Assembly: GCA_051747805.1 (NCBI GenBank)
Contig: JBNJGP010000044.1
Location: 1-23,312, forward strand
Length of the DNA stretch: 23,312 nt
Source: Candidatus Muiribacteriota bacterium
GTDB lineage: Bacteria > Muiribacteriota > Muiribacteriia > Muiribacteriales > Muiribacteriaceae
Direction: 5' to 3'
A program made the position numbers and the translations under genes. Below the pieces are notes generated by a model. The model was not told the DNA's origin. It made no database searches and worked only from the letters and a program-made list of their open reading frames with translations. Each line of letters opens with the position of its first letter. The first letter of the stretch is position 1. This document shows positions 8,809 to 17,022 of the stretch, piece after piece.

Positions 8809-9571
8809 AAAAAGTTTTTTATTATTGTTTTTATTTCTATTATTTTCTCAAATTATATTTTCAAACACTGATACTGAAAGAAACGTTTCTGAAGAAGCCA
8901 GGGAGTATTATCTGCAATCCATGGAACAGCTGGGAAATGATAATAAAAAAGAGGCATTAAAGAGTTTTGAAAAAGCACTTTTTACAGATTCAAAAATACT
9001 TATGTATAATGACCATGGTCTTTTTGAAGAATTAACCCTTCATTATTTAGAAAAAGTTAATGAAAAAATTACTCCTCAGGCACTATTTAACGCGGGAAAC
9101 TTAATGAGAATCAGGGGCGAATCTGAACAGGCTATAGAATATCTGGAACTTTTTGTAAAAAAATATCCTGAGTATGAAAATTATACTGAAAAAGCTCTTG
9201 ATATGATTGATCAGATGCTTTTTGCAAAAAATTATTCACAAAACGGCGAAGACGGGTCTGAAATCCAAACAGAAGGAACAGTTGAAGACGCTGAAAAAGA
9301 TAAAGAAGATGATGATGAGAATAATAAAGAGGAAAAAAAATCTCAGGGCAAACATAATCAAAAAGAATCTCAAAAGGTTTTAAATCAGGTGAAAAAGCAG
9401 AAAGACAGGGTGTCAGAACTCAGAAATGAGTATGACTTCTGGTTTTCTATAAAATACGGAGACCATGATTTTAAAAAAGAAGATTATCACGAAGCGCTGC
9501 TTTATTATTATGAAAGAGAGCTGCAGCAGGCTGAAGAAGAATTGGCAGAATTAGAAGAAAAATTAGATTAA
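8774..9571 (+). CDS. Exported TPR-like protein with acidic linker and C-terminal coiled coil
   Basis: SD GAGGT before ATG 8774 (alternative start 8786). Signal-peptide-like N-terminus and TPR-like helices (ALFNAGNLMRIRGESEQAIEYLELFVKKYP). Confidence 0.7.
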   Translation: MKRKMKKRKKVKKSFLLLFLFLLFSQIIFSNTDTERNVSEEAREYYLQSMEQLGNDNKKEALKSFEKALFTDSKILMYNDHGLFEELTLHYLEKVNEKITPQALFNAGNLMRIRGESEQAIEYLELFVKKYPEYENYTEKALDMIDQMLFAKNYSQNGEDGSEIQTEGTVEDAEKDKEDDDENNKEEKKSQGKHNQKESQKVLNQVKKQKDRVSELRNEYDFWFSIKYGDHDFKKEDYHEALLYYYERELQQAEEELAELEEKLD

Positions 9572-9581
9572 AGGGGGTTTT

Positions 9582-10664
9582 ATGAAGAAAAAAATCACTC
9601 TTATCTTGTCTGTTTTTTTAATCTTGTCTGTTTACGGTATGCAGATTGGTGAAAATACTGTAAGTGAAGTCTTTGAAAGTGTTAAGTCATCTGTTGTTAA
9701 CCTCGATACTGTTATTTATATTGAGCGTAAAACACCTGTTTATTCTTTTGGAGACCCTTTTCTTGACAGGTTTTTTGGAGGGGCTCTTAATAATCCCAGA
9801 TTTTTTAAAAACAACGTAATACCTAGACAGGGATTGGGTACTGGTGTAATAATATCTGAGAAGGGTTTTTTAATAACAAATGCGCATGTAATTGAAAATC
9901 AGAACGCAAAAATTAAAATCACCTTTCATGATGAATCAGAGGCAGATGGAGAGGTTGTAGGGCTTGATAAAGTAAATGATATAGCTGTGGTAAAATTTAA
10001 TCCAGATGAGGCGGGAAACTTTTCTGCTATTGAAATTGGGGATTCAGATAAATTAAATATTGGTCAATGGGTTGTAGCAATAGGAAGTCCTTTTGGCCTT
10101 CAACAGACAGTAACTGTGGGGGTTGTTTCGGCCCTGAATAGAAATTTACCGGTGGACAGAAACAACGTTTTACAGAACCTTATTCAGACAGACGCTTCAA
10201 TAAATCCAGGTAACAGTGGAGGCCCTCTTGTTAATCTTAAAGGAGAACTTGTAGGCATAAATACTGCAATTATTCCAATGGGACAGGGTCTTGGATTTGC
10301 TATTCCAGTTAACAGCGGAATACCTGTTTTTAAAAATATTATGGAGCATGGCAGACATATTTACCCTTATCTGGGTGTGTACCTTGAAGAGATAGATATA
10401 AATCATGCAAATCAGTTAAGAATTTCTGGAGGAGTTTTAATAAATGATGTTTTGAAAAATTCTCCTGCAGAAAGAGATGGTCTTAAAAAGGGTGATATTG
10501 TCATAATGGCTGATGAAAATCATATTAAAGACTCAAATGAGCTTGCGGCTTATATAAAAGGAAAATCGCTGGGAAGCTCATTATATCTGACTATTTTAAG
10601 AGATGGCAAAAGAATAGTTCAAAAAATCAAGCTGGATGAACCGGCAGAAAATAATAATTCCTGA
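9582..10664 (+). CDS. htrA: HtrA/DegP-family serine protease with a single PDZ domain
   Basis: Signal peptide; catalytic triad motifs TNAHV, DIAVV, GNSGGPL; PDZ (YLGV...SPAERDGLKKGDIV). Confidence 0.93.
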   Translation: MKKKITLILSVFLILSVYGMQIGENTVSEVFESVKSSVVNLDTVIYIERKTPVYSFGDPFLDRFFGGALNNPRFFKNNVIPRQGLGTGVIISEKGFLITNAHVIENQNAKIKITFHDESEADGEVVGLDKVNDIAVVKFNPDEAGNFSAIEIGDSDKLNIGQWVVAIGSPFGLQQTVTVGVVSALNRNLPVDRNNVLQNLIQTDASINPGNSGGPLVNLKGELVGINTAIIPMGQGLGFAIPVNSGIPVFKNIMEHGRHIYPYLGVYLEEIDINHANQLRISGGVLINDVLKNSPAERDGLKKGDIVIMADENHIKDSNELAAYIKGKSLGSSLYLTILRDGKRIVQKIKLDEPAENNNS

Positions 10665-10691
10665 TTAATCTAAAAGCTTCAGATAAAAAAC

Positions 10692-10719
10692 AAGGCCTTC
10701 TGGGTGAAGAAGGCCTTTT
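10692..10719 (+). terminator. Intrinsic terminator after htrA
   Basis: Hairpin AAGGCCTTCT-GGGTGA-AGAAGGCCTT followed by T-rich sequence. Confidence 0.8.
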
Positions 10720-10822
10720 CGATGTTTTTTATATTCCCGTATAGGAATAATCAACCATATATAATATCGAACAATAAGATTAGAAACTTAAATTTTTTTT
10801 AAAAAAAAGTTCTCTTGACTTT

Positions 10823-10948
10823 CAGCAATTCTCAATGAAAATAGAGAAAATCCTTGATTTGATGGGGTCAGGCCGACATCACTTTGCGAAAAAGTAAAGT
10901 GTGTAGGCCTAACCACTAAAGGATTTTCGGCTAAATTGAGAATTGGTG
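10823..10948. mobile_element. 126-bp MITE-like element with 14-bp TIRs and a 9-bp target-site duplication
   Basis: TIRs CAGCAATTCTCAAT (10823-10836) and ATTGAGAATTGGTG (10935-10948), 13/14 match. Flanked by the direct repeat CTTGACTTT (10814-10822 and 10949-10957). Non-coding, internally palindromic, with a second copy end at 1-21. Confidence 0.85.
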
Positions 10949-10949
10949 C

Positions 10950-10979
10950 TTGACTTTCAGTTTAAATACGTGAAATAAT
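10950..10979 (+). promoter_or_regulatory. Possible sigma70 promoter of pruA
   Basis: TTGACT (10950-10955), 18-nt spacer containing TG, AATAAT (10974-10979). SD AGGAGG before ATG 11016. Confidence 0.4.
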
Positions 10980-11015
10980 AAATTTAAAGTTTAAAAAAAT
11001 CAGGAGGATTTATTT

Positions 11016-12647
11016 ATGTCTAATGCTTTCTTTCAAGTTAGAAAACCCGCAAATGAACCTATAAGGAGTTATAAGCCGGGAAGCGAGGAAAAGAAAAGCC
11101 TTAAAGAACAAATAAAGAAAATGAAAAATAATCAGATTGAGATTCCGGCTATTATTGGTGGAAAAGAAATTAAAACCGGGAATACTGCTGAATGTATTAT
11201 GCCACACAATAAAAATCATGTGCTGGCCAAATATCATAAAGTAGGAGAAAAAGAAATTGAACTTGCCGCAGAAGAAGCTGTGAAGGCTCAGAAAAAATGG
11301 CAGAACATGCCATGGCAGCACAGGGTTGCGATTTTTTTAAAAGCGGCAGAGCTTCTTGCAGGTCCGTATAGAGATGTTTTAAATGCGGCTACAATGCTTG
11401 GTCAAAGTAAAACTGCACATCAGGCAGAAATTGATTCGGCCTGTGAACTAATTGATTTTCTCAGATATAATTCGTATTATTTAACAGAAATTTATAAAGA
11501 CCAGCCTCTGGCCACCCAGGAATGCTGGAATAGAGTAGAATACAGACCTCTTGAAGGATTTATTTTTGCAGTTACTCCGTTTAACTTCAGTGCAATTGCC
11601 GGAAATCTTCCTACAAGTCCCGCAATGCTGGGGAATGTCTGTTTATGGAAACCGGCTTCGAGTGCGGTTTTATCAGGATATTACTTTATGAAAATATTAG
11701 AAGAGGCAGGACTTCCAAAAGGAGTGATTAATTTTATTCCCGGATCTGGCTCAAAAGTTGGTAATATTGTTATGAACAATAAGTATTTAGCTGGAGTTCA
11801 CTTTACAGGTTCAACTGGTGTATTCCAGGGTATGTGGCGAACAGTAGCCTCTAACCTTGAAAAATATAATGGTTATCCAAGAATTGTTGGAGAAACTGGT
11901 GGTAAGGACTTTATTTTTGCTCATGAAAGTGCAGAAACAGAATCCCTTAAAACTGCCTTAATCCGTGGTGCATATGAATATCAGGGTCAGAAATGTTCTG
12001 CAGCCTCAAGAGCATATATACCTAAAAAAATATGGGAAGAAATTAAAGGCGACCTTATAAATCAGATTAAAAATATTAAAATGGGCGATGTTGAAGATTT
12101 TACAAATTTCATGGGAGCCGTAATTGATGAGAAAGCTTTTAATTCCATTAAGGAATATATTGATTATGCGGCAGAATCTAATAAGGCGGAATTTTTAACT
12201 GGCGGAAAATACGATGATAGTAAAGGATTTTTTATAGAGCCTACAATTATTTTAACAGACGATCCTATGTTTAAAACAATGCAGGAGGAAATTTTTGGTC
12301 CAGTTTTAACTGTGTATGTTTATGATGAAAAAGATTTAGATAAAACTCTCAAGCTATGTGATGAAGGGTCACCTTATGCTCTAACTGGTGCAATATTTGC
12401 CCAGGACAGAGAAGCTTTGATTAAAATGGAAAAAGCTTTATGTCATACAGCTGGAAACTTTTATCTTAATGATAAACCAACAGGTGCTGTTGTTGGGCAG
12501 CAACCATTTGGCGGTGGAAGAGCTTCTGGAACTAATGATAAAGCCGGAAGTAAGTTGAATCTTTTAAGATGGGTTAACGTTAGAACAATCAAAGAAAATT
12601 TTGTTCCAGCAAAAGATTATAGATATCCATTTATGGGAGAACATTAA
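11016..12647 (+). CDS. pruA: L-glutamate gamma-semialdehyde (P5C) dehydrogenase
   Basis: NEPIRSY, AEIDSACELIDF, TPFNF, HFTGST, GETGGKD, EYQGQKCSA (catalytic Cys), EEIFGP, GQQPFGGGRASGTNDKAG. Confidence 0.95.
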   Translation: MSNAFFQVRKPANEPIRSYKPGSEEKKSLKEQIKKMKNNQIEIPAIIGGKEIKTGNTAECIMPHNKNHVLAKYHKVGEKEIELAAEEAVKAQKKWQNMPWQHRVAIFLKAAELLAGPYRDVLNAATMLGQSKTAHQAEIDSACELIDFLRYNSYYLTEIYKDQPLATQECWNRVEYRPLEGFIFAVTPFNFSAIAGNLPTSPAMLGNVCLWKPASSAVLSGYYFMKILEEAGLPKGVINFIPGSGSKVGNIVMNNKYLAGVHFTGSTGVFQGMWRTVASNLEKYNGYPRIVGETGGKDFIFAHESAETESLKTALIRGAYEYQGQKCSAASRAYIPKKIWEEIKGDLINQIKNIKMGDVEDFTNFMGAVIDEKAFNSIKEYIDYAAESNKAEFLTGGKYDDSKGFFIEPTIILTDDPMFKTMQEEIFGPVLTVYVYDEKDLDKTLKLCDEGSPYALTGAIFAQDREALIKMEKALCHTAGNFYLNDKPTGAVVGQQPFGGGRASGTNDKAGSKLNLLRWVNVRTIKENFVPAKDYRYPFMGEH

Positions 12648-12654
12648 AAAATAA

Positions 12655-12678
12655 CGGGTGTCGGTTTTCCGGCACCCG
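12655..12678. terminator. Bidirectional terminator between pruA and the convergent ORF
   Basis: Hairpin CGGGTGTCGG-TTTT-CCGGCACCCG, with an A-run upstream and T-rich sequence downstream. Confidence 0.8.
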
Positions 12679-12683
12679 GCTTT

Positions 12684-12980
12684 TCATTTCTTGTAAAGAA
12701 CCTCATAAATTACAGGAATACACGTTATTATTGTAATAAAAAGAAGTTTAAATCTGTGTTTTTTGAAGAATTTCGGAAATGTACACCCTAAAAAAATACC
12801 GCCAGTTAATCTTGAAATCAAGGCAAGACAAAAATAATAAGGTGATAATTTTTCAAATTTTGAACGAATAAATTTAGGAATAGAAAAATAAAGTGGTTTA
12901 AAAATAAAATTACCAACCTGAGCTCCTTTTTCAAAAACATACTCGCTGTCAGAAATAATTTCATCAGGCTTTTTAATCAT
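12684..12980 (-). CDS. Small hypothetical membrane protein (98 aa)
   Basis: SD GGAGG before the ATG, two hydrophobic segments, fills the gap between the tRNA and the terminator. Confidence 0.7.
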   Translation of the reverse strand: MIKKPDEIISDSEYVFEKGAQVGNFIFKPLYFSIPKFIRSKFEKLSPYYFCLALISRLTGGIFLGCTFPKFFKKHRFKLLFITIITCIPVIYEVLYKK

Positions 12981-13011
12981 TAAAGGCCTCCATATTGTTA
13001 CAATTAATAAA

Positions 13012-13098
13012 TGGTGTCCGGGAGGAGACTTGAACTCCTATGGTATTACTACCATATGGCCCTCAACCATACGTGTCTACCAATTCCACCACCCGGAC
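13012..13098 (-). tRNA. tRNA-Leu(GAG), CCA encoded
   Basis: The reverse complement folds as acceptor GTCCGGG/CCCGGAC, D-arm GTGGAATTGGTAGACAC, anticodon arm TATGG-TTGAGGG-CCATA, long variable arm, T-arm AGGAG-TTCAAGT-CTCCT, then A-CCA; 87 nt. Confidence 0.97.
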
Positions 13099-13115
13099 AA
13101 ACTTGAATTATTAAA

Positions 13116-13144
13116 ATTTTATCAGAATAAAAATAAAATCTCAA
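13116..13144 (-). promoter_or_regulatory. Sigma70 promoter for tRNA-Leu
   Basis: Minus strand TTGAGA-N17-TAAAAT with an extended -10 TG. Confidence 0.6.
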
Positions 13145-13166
13145 CAGTTTATATTATTTCTTCGTC
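13140..13166 (+). promoter_or_regulatory. Putative autoregulatory ECF promoter
   Basis: CTCAAC-N17-CGTC, the AAC/CGT pattern typical of ECF promoters, about 40 nt upstream of the ECF sigma start. Confidence 0.5.
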
Positions 13167-13205
13167 ATAGTATTATAGAAGAAGAAAAATATAAGGGGTG
13201 AAATT

Positions 13206-13664
13206 TTGTTTTTTGAAGAAATTTATATTGAATACGAGGAAATGTTGAAGAGATTTGCCCTCTCATTATCACGTGATGAAAATATTGCAGAAGATCTTCT
13301 GCAGGAAACATTTATGCGTGCATTAAAAAATATTGAGTTATTAAATACATTAGCTGATTATAAAATTAAATCCTGGCTTTTTACAGTATTAAAAAACTGT
13401 TTTTATGATATGAAAAGAAAAAATAAAAAAGAATCTTTTGCACATGATTTTGATTTTTCTATAAACGTTGATTTTGATTCAAAAATAAATATTGAAAATA
13501 TTCTATCAATACTACCTGAAAATATAAAAAAACTTTTTGAATATAAATATGTTTTTGGTATGAATTCAAAGGAAATAGCAAAAAAAGAAAAAATACCACC
13601 AGGCACGGTAAGATACAGGCTTCATCAGGGAGTAAAAATTTTGAAAAATTACGTTGATAAATAG
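13206..13664 (+). CDS. ECF RNA polymerase sigma factor
   Basis: Region 2 (AEDLLQETFMRA...KSWLFTVLKNCFYDMKRK) and region 4 (GMNSKEIA..PPGTVRYRLH). TTG start with SD AAGGGGTG. Confidence 0.92.
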   Translation: MFFEEIYIEYEEMLKRFALSLSRDENIAEDLLQETFMRALKNIELLNTLADYKIKSWLFTVLKNCFYDMKRKNKKESFAHDFDFSINVDFDSKINIENILSILPENIKKLFEYKYVFGMNSKEIAKKEKIPPGTVRYRLHQGVKILKNYVDK

Positions 13665-13678
13665 AGCGAGGAGGAAAT

Positions 13679-14872
13679 ATGGATAATAAAATTAAAAATA
13701 TTGGCATACTTGATTTAAGGAATACAGATAAGGGTACATTAAAAAAAGTAGAAAAAATAGAAAATGTTGGTCTTCTTATTTACAGTAAAGAAACAAAAAG
13801 TGAGGTTTTTTCAATTCCTAAGGAAAATATAGGGGTGTGTTTTGAAACAGATGAAAACTGCAGAATAATTTCTGGTTTTTTTGAAATTAAAAATGATTAT
13901 TTTAAGTTTCAAAAGGAAAAAGTCTCCCTTGTTGTTTCTGGTAGACTCGTTATAAATGAAAATGTAAAAGTTGAGGAGATTAATAATAAAGTTAAAAAAA
14001 TACTGCTTGCCGGAGAAATAATATGTGCTCAGGAATTACTTTCTGTTATTTCTGCAAAAACAGATATTATTTCAGGGAAAATAAAGCCTTTAAGTCAGAA
14101 TTCAAAAAACTTCAACGGAAAACTTATTATTAATAATAACTTTTTATATGGTTTAAACAATAATACGTCTTTAACTGTAGCAGGTAAACTGATTTTTGTT
14201 TCTGATTGTGATAAAGATTTATTCAATAAAAAAATAAAATCAGTTGAACTAAATGGAAAATTGGAAATTGCTGAAAAAAATTTTAATAATTTTTCAGATA
14301 AAATAACTGGTTCTTTTAAAACATCTATTTTAAAGGAAGGATTTAAAATTTTTAACAATGACTTAGTTATTGATAGAAATTTTTTGACAAAAAAATCAAA
14401 AATAAAAATTTATTCAAAAGGCAGTGTAATTATTAAACCAGAGGTAAAACTAGAAAAATTAACTGAAATAGTTACAGAAATTAAAGCAGAGGAAAAAATT
14501 TACTGTCCTGCCAGTAATTTTGAACTTTTAAGTAATTTAATTGATGAAAACTCTCAGTCGGTGGAGTTATATGATGGTGATATTATTGTAGCTGAAGGGG
14601 ATTATCTTTTGACATCAGGAGAAATTCAATTTCTGAATAAGAAGGTAAATTATTTTGTAAAAGGGATTTTAAAATTTGATAAAAATATTTCTGGCCAGTT
14701 GATTTCAGAAAAAATAAACAGCCTCTTTAACTACGGAGTGATTGAGGTATGTGATTCTTTGTACGGGCAAATACAGGTAATTACAAAAGTGAAAAAAGGC
14801 ATAATTATAAATCAGGATATTAATGCCGGGCAGCAAAATATAACTGAAAATGCCGGATATTTGACTTTATAA
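13679..14872 (+). CDS. Hypothetical soluble protein with four ~80-aa internal repeats, downstream of the ECF sigma
   Basis: SD GAGGAGG, 14 nt after the sigma stop. No TM segment or signal peptide. Repeats start at about residues 66, 147, 227 and 307. Confidence 0.8.
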   Translation: MDNKIKNIGILDLRNTDKGTLKKVEKIENVGLLIYSKETKSEVFSIPKENIGVCFETDENCRIISGFFEIKNDYFKFQKEKVSLVVSGRLVINENVKVEEINNKVKKILLAGEIICAQELLSVISAKTDIISGKIKPLSQNSKNFNGKLIINNNFLYGLNNNTSLTVAGKLIFVSDCDKDLFNKKIKSVELNGKLEIAEKNFNNFSDKITGSFKTSILKEGFKIFNNDLVIDRNFLTKKSKIKIYSKGSVIIKPEVKLEKLTEIVTEIKAEEKIYCPASNFELLSNLIDENSQSVELYDGDIIVAEGDYLLTSGEIQFLNKKVNYFVKGILKFDKNISGQLISEKINSLFNYGVIEVCDSLYGQIQVITKVKKGIIINQDINAGQQNITENAGYLTL

Positions 14873-14875
14873 GGG

Positions 14876-16018
14876 TCAGGCTGAAGCCGGTGGTTTTTCT
14901 CCAAAATATTGATACAAATAAACTAGGATTTTACCATTATAAAGTTTTCTTTTTTTATCAGGCCAGCTTCTTTTAAAATATTTAGGGAATATTTCATCAG
15001 ACGTAAGAACATAAACAGACCACCCCTTTTTCTTTTTAAAAATTTTATTGAAATTAATATAAATCTGATTAATTTCCTTGAATTCCCCCATCCTTTTACC
15101 ATAAGGAGGATTTGTAATCACAACTCCCCATTGTTTGTCTATCCATATTTCTTCAATTGGCTTGTTTTCAAAATTAATATCTTCGATCACTCCGGCCCTA
15201 TGTGCATTCTTTTTTGCAGCTTTAATAAAAGATTTATCAATGTCAAAACCATTTATATTTAAACTGAAATCTTTAATAATTGCGTTTTTTGCGTTGTTGA
15301 ATGCTTCTTTCCAGTATTTTTGAGCAATAATATTCCAGTTTTGAGAGCAGAATTTTCTGTTGATTCCTGGGGCAATATTTCGCCCAAGCATGGCAGCTTC
15401 TATTGGGATGGTTCCGGAACCGCAGAAAGGGTCAATAAGACGACGATTTTTATTCCAGAAAGACAGTTGAACAATTGCGGCAGCTAAAGTTTCTCTCAAG
15501 GGAGCATCTGAATTATCAAGCCTATAACCTCTTTTATGAAGGCCTTTTCCACTTGTATCAATTGTTAGAGAAGCCTTATCCTTATAAAGGGAAATCTGAA
15601 TTGGATACAGGTCCCCAACTTCTTCAAACCAGTCTGTTTGATAACTTTCTTTAAGTTTTTCCACAATTGCCTTTTTGACAATGCTTTGACAGGAACGCAC
15701 GCTGGCCAGCGTTGATTTGATTGATTTTCCGCTTACGGGAAATTCAGCAGTAGAGGGTAGCCATCTGTCCCAGGGAAGAGCTTTTGTATTTTGAAATAAC
15801 TCTTCAAAGGTTTTTGCTTCAAATTCCCCAATTTTCACAAAAATTCTCTCTGCCGTTCTTAAGTTAATATTTAAAACAGGAATATCCTTTAAAGAAGCTT
15901 TAACATCAACACCGCCGTCAAATACTTGAATGTTTTCATACCCTAAGTTTAAAATTTCTCTCTTTAAAACAGTTTCTATACCGAAAGCACATGTAGCCGT
16001 TAAAATTAATTGTTCCAT
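14876..16018 (-). CDS. rlmL: THUMP-domain class I SAM-dependent rRNA methyltransferase (RlmL/YpsC-like)
   Basis: Motifs LRTAER, DTSGKGLHKRGYR, APLRETLAAA, DPFCGSGT, TNPPYG, KLYNG. Confidence 0.88.
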   Translation of the reverse strand: MEQLILTATCAFGIETVLKREILNLGYENIQVFDGGVDVKASLKDIPVLNINLRTAERIFVKIGEFEAKTFEELFQNTKALPWDRWLPSTAEFPVSGKSIKSTLASVRSCQSIVKKAIVEKLKESYQTDWFEEVGDLYPIQISLYKDKASLTIDTSGKGLHKRGYRLDNSDAPLRETLAAAIVQLSFWNKNRRLIDPFCGSGTIPIEAAMLGRNIAPGINRKFCSQNWNIIAQKYWKEAFNNAKNAIIKDFSLNINGFDIDKSFIKAAKKNAHRAGVIEDINFENKPIEEIWIDKQWGVVITNPPYGKRMGEFKEINQIYINFNKIFKKKKGWSVYVLTSDEIFPKYFKRSWPDKKRKLYNGKILVYLYQYFGEKPPASA

Positions 16019-16078
16019 AATTTAACCTTATAACAACTCTAAATATAAAAAAATCTATAGAATTGCCGAATCCTTTAT

Positions 16079-16107
16079 TTGATAATTTATAAATTATTTA
16101 CTATAGT
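16079..16107 (+). promoter_or_regulatory. Sigma70 promoter for the rrf2 gene
   Basis: TTGATA-N17-TATAGT. Confidence 0.55.
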
Positions 16108-16114
16108 ATATTTT

Positions 16115-16132
16115 TAACTTGAGTTTAGCAAA
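16115..16132 (+). promoter_or_regulatory. Putative operator, copy 1 of TAACTTGAGTTTAGCAAA
   Basis: Exact 18-bp match to 23171-23188. Lies between the promoter and the rrf2 start. Confidence 0.55.
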
Positions 16133-16164
16133 TAATTTTTAATGGTTTTGAGAGAGGATTAAAT

Positions 16165-16563
16165 ATGAAATTTTCAACCAGGAGCAGATATGCTTCCAGG
16201 GCTCTTTATGAGCTGGCAAAAAATAATAATTCCAAACCTGTTAGTCTTACTAAAATATCAGAGAAAACTGGTATTTCACTAAGATATCTTGAACAGATAA
16301 TGCGAAAATTAAAAAAGAAAGGATATGTTAAAACTGTACAGGGAATAAACGGGGGATATCTTATTGCGGTAAAACTTTCAGAAATTTCTCTCAAAGATAT
16401 TGTTGATACACTTGAGGGAAAGGGTTATCCGGTAGAATGTGTGGTAAAAGATGATTTTTGTAATAAAATCGAAAGTTGTGCAATGCGTAAAATTTGGGTT
16501 GAGGTTCATAACTCTGTTGGAGATGTACTGAGTAAATATACGCTTGAAGAACTTGTAAAATAA
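16165..16563 (+). CDS. Rrf2-family (IscR-like) transcriptional regulator with three Cys
   Basis: STRSRYA, ISLRYLEQI, GINGGY, and C-x5-C-x5-C (CVVKDDFCNKIESC-like) Fe-S ligand region. Confidence 0.92.
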   Translation: MKFSTRSRYASRALYELAKNNNSKPVSLTKISEKTGISLRYLEQIMRKLKKKGYVKTVQGINGGYLIAVKLSEISLKDIVDTLEGKGYPVECVVKDDFCNKIESCAMRKIWVEVHNSVGDVLSKYTLEELVK

Positions 16564-16589
16564 TTTTTAATTCGGTTACTGGTAAAAAC

Positions 16590-16618
16590 TTGACTTGTAT
16601 AATAATGTTCTGTATTAT
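16590..16618 (+). promoter_or_regulatory. Sigma70 promoter for rpmE
   Basis: TTGACT-N17-TATTAT. Confidence 0.55.
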
Positions 16619-16661
16619 AATATAACTTGAAAAATAGAAAAAGCTGAAGGAGTTAGTTTTT

Positions 16662-16964
16662 ATGAAAAAGAAAATACATCCAAAATATTATGAAAATACT
16701 AAAGTTACCTGTGCCTGTGGCGAGGAATTTGTAACAGGTTCAACAATTCCTGAAATAAAAATTGAAATCTGTTCAAAATGTCATCCATTTTTTACTGGTA
16801 AACAGAAGTTCGTTGATACTGCTGGTAAAGTTGATAAATTCCAGAGAAAGTATGGTGATAAAAGAGGGCTTGGAGTTAAAAAATCCAAGAGACCTCCAAA
16901 AGTTAAAAAACAAAATCAAGAACCGGTTGACAAAAAGGAAGAAAACTCCGAAAAATCAGAATAG
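16662..16964 (+). CDS. rpmE: 50S ribosomal protein L31 (Zn-binding type) with C-terminal extension
   Basis: [39 protein letters not shown]. Confidence 0.96.
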   Translation: MKKKIHPKYYENTKVTCACGEEFVTGSTIPEIKIEICSKCHPFFTGKQKFVDTAGKVDKFQRKYGDKRGLGVKKSKRPPKVKKQNQEPVDKKEENSEKSE

Positions 16965-16992
16965 TAAACAAAATTTTCTTATATTCAAACTT

Positions 16993-17022
16993 AAAAACCG
17001 CATTTTAAATGCGGTTTTTTTT
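16993..17022 (+). terminator. Intrinsic terminator after rpmE
   Basis: AAAAACCGCATT-TTA-AATGCGGTTTTTTTT. Confidence 0.85.

Noticed and set aside
10823..10948. 6S RNA or SRP RNA interpretation of the long hairpin
   Set aside because: It is too short for a typical 6S RNA, has no large central bubble and no SRP GGAA-loop motif. The TSD and second copy favour a mobile repeat.
10814..10960. 12-bp direct repeat CTTGACTTTCAG as the TSD
   Set aside because: CAG is also present at the end of the copy at 1-21 and pairs with the right TIR, so it belongs to the element and leaves a 9-bp TSD.
12684..14872. Integrated island at tRNA-Leu
   Set aside because: No integrase and no duplicated tRNA 3' end were seen in the window.
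14873..14881. GGGTCAGGC resembling the repeat's arm
   Set aside because: It is formed by the stop and last codon of the minus-strand methyltransferase and has no partner arm, so it is likely chance.
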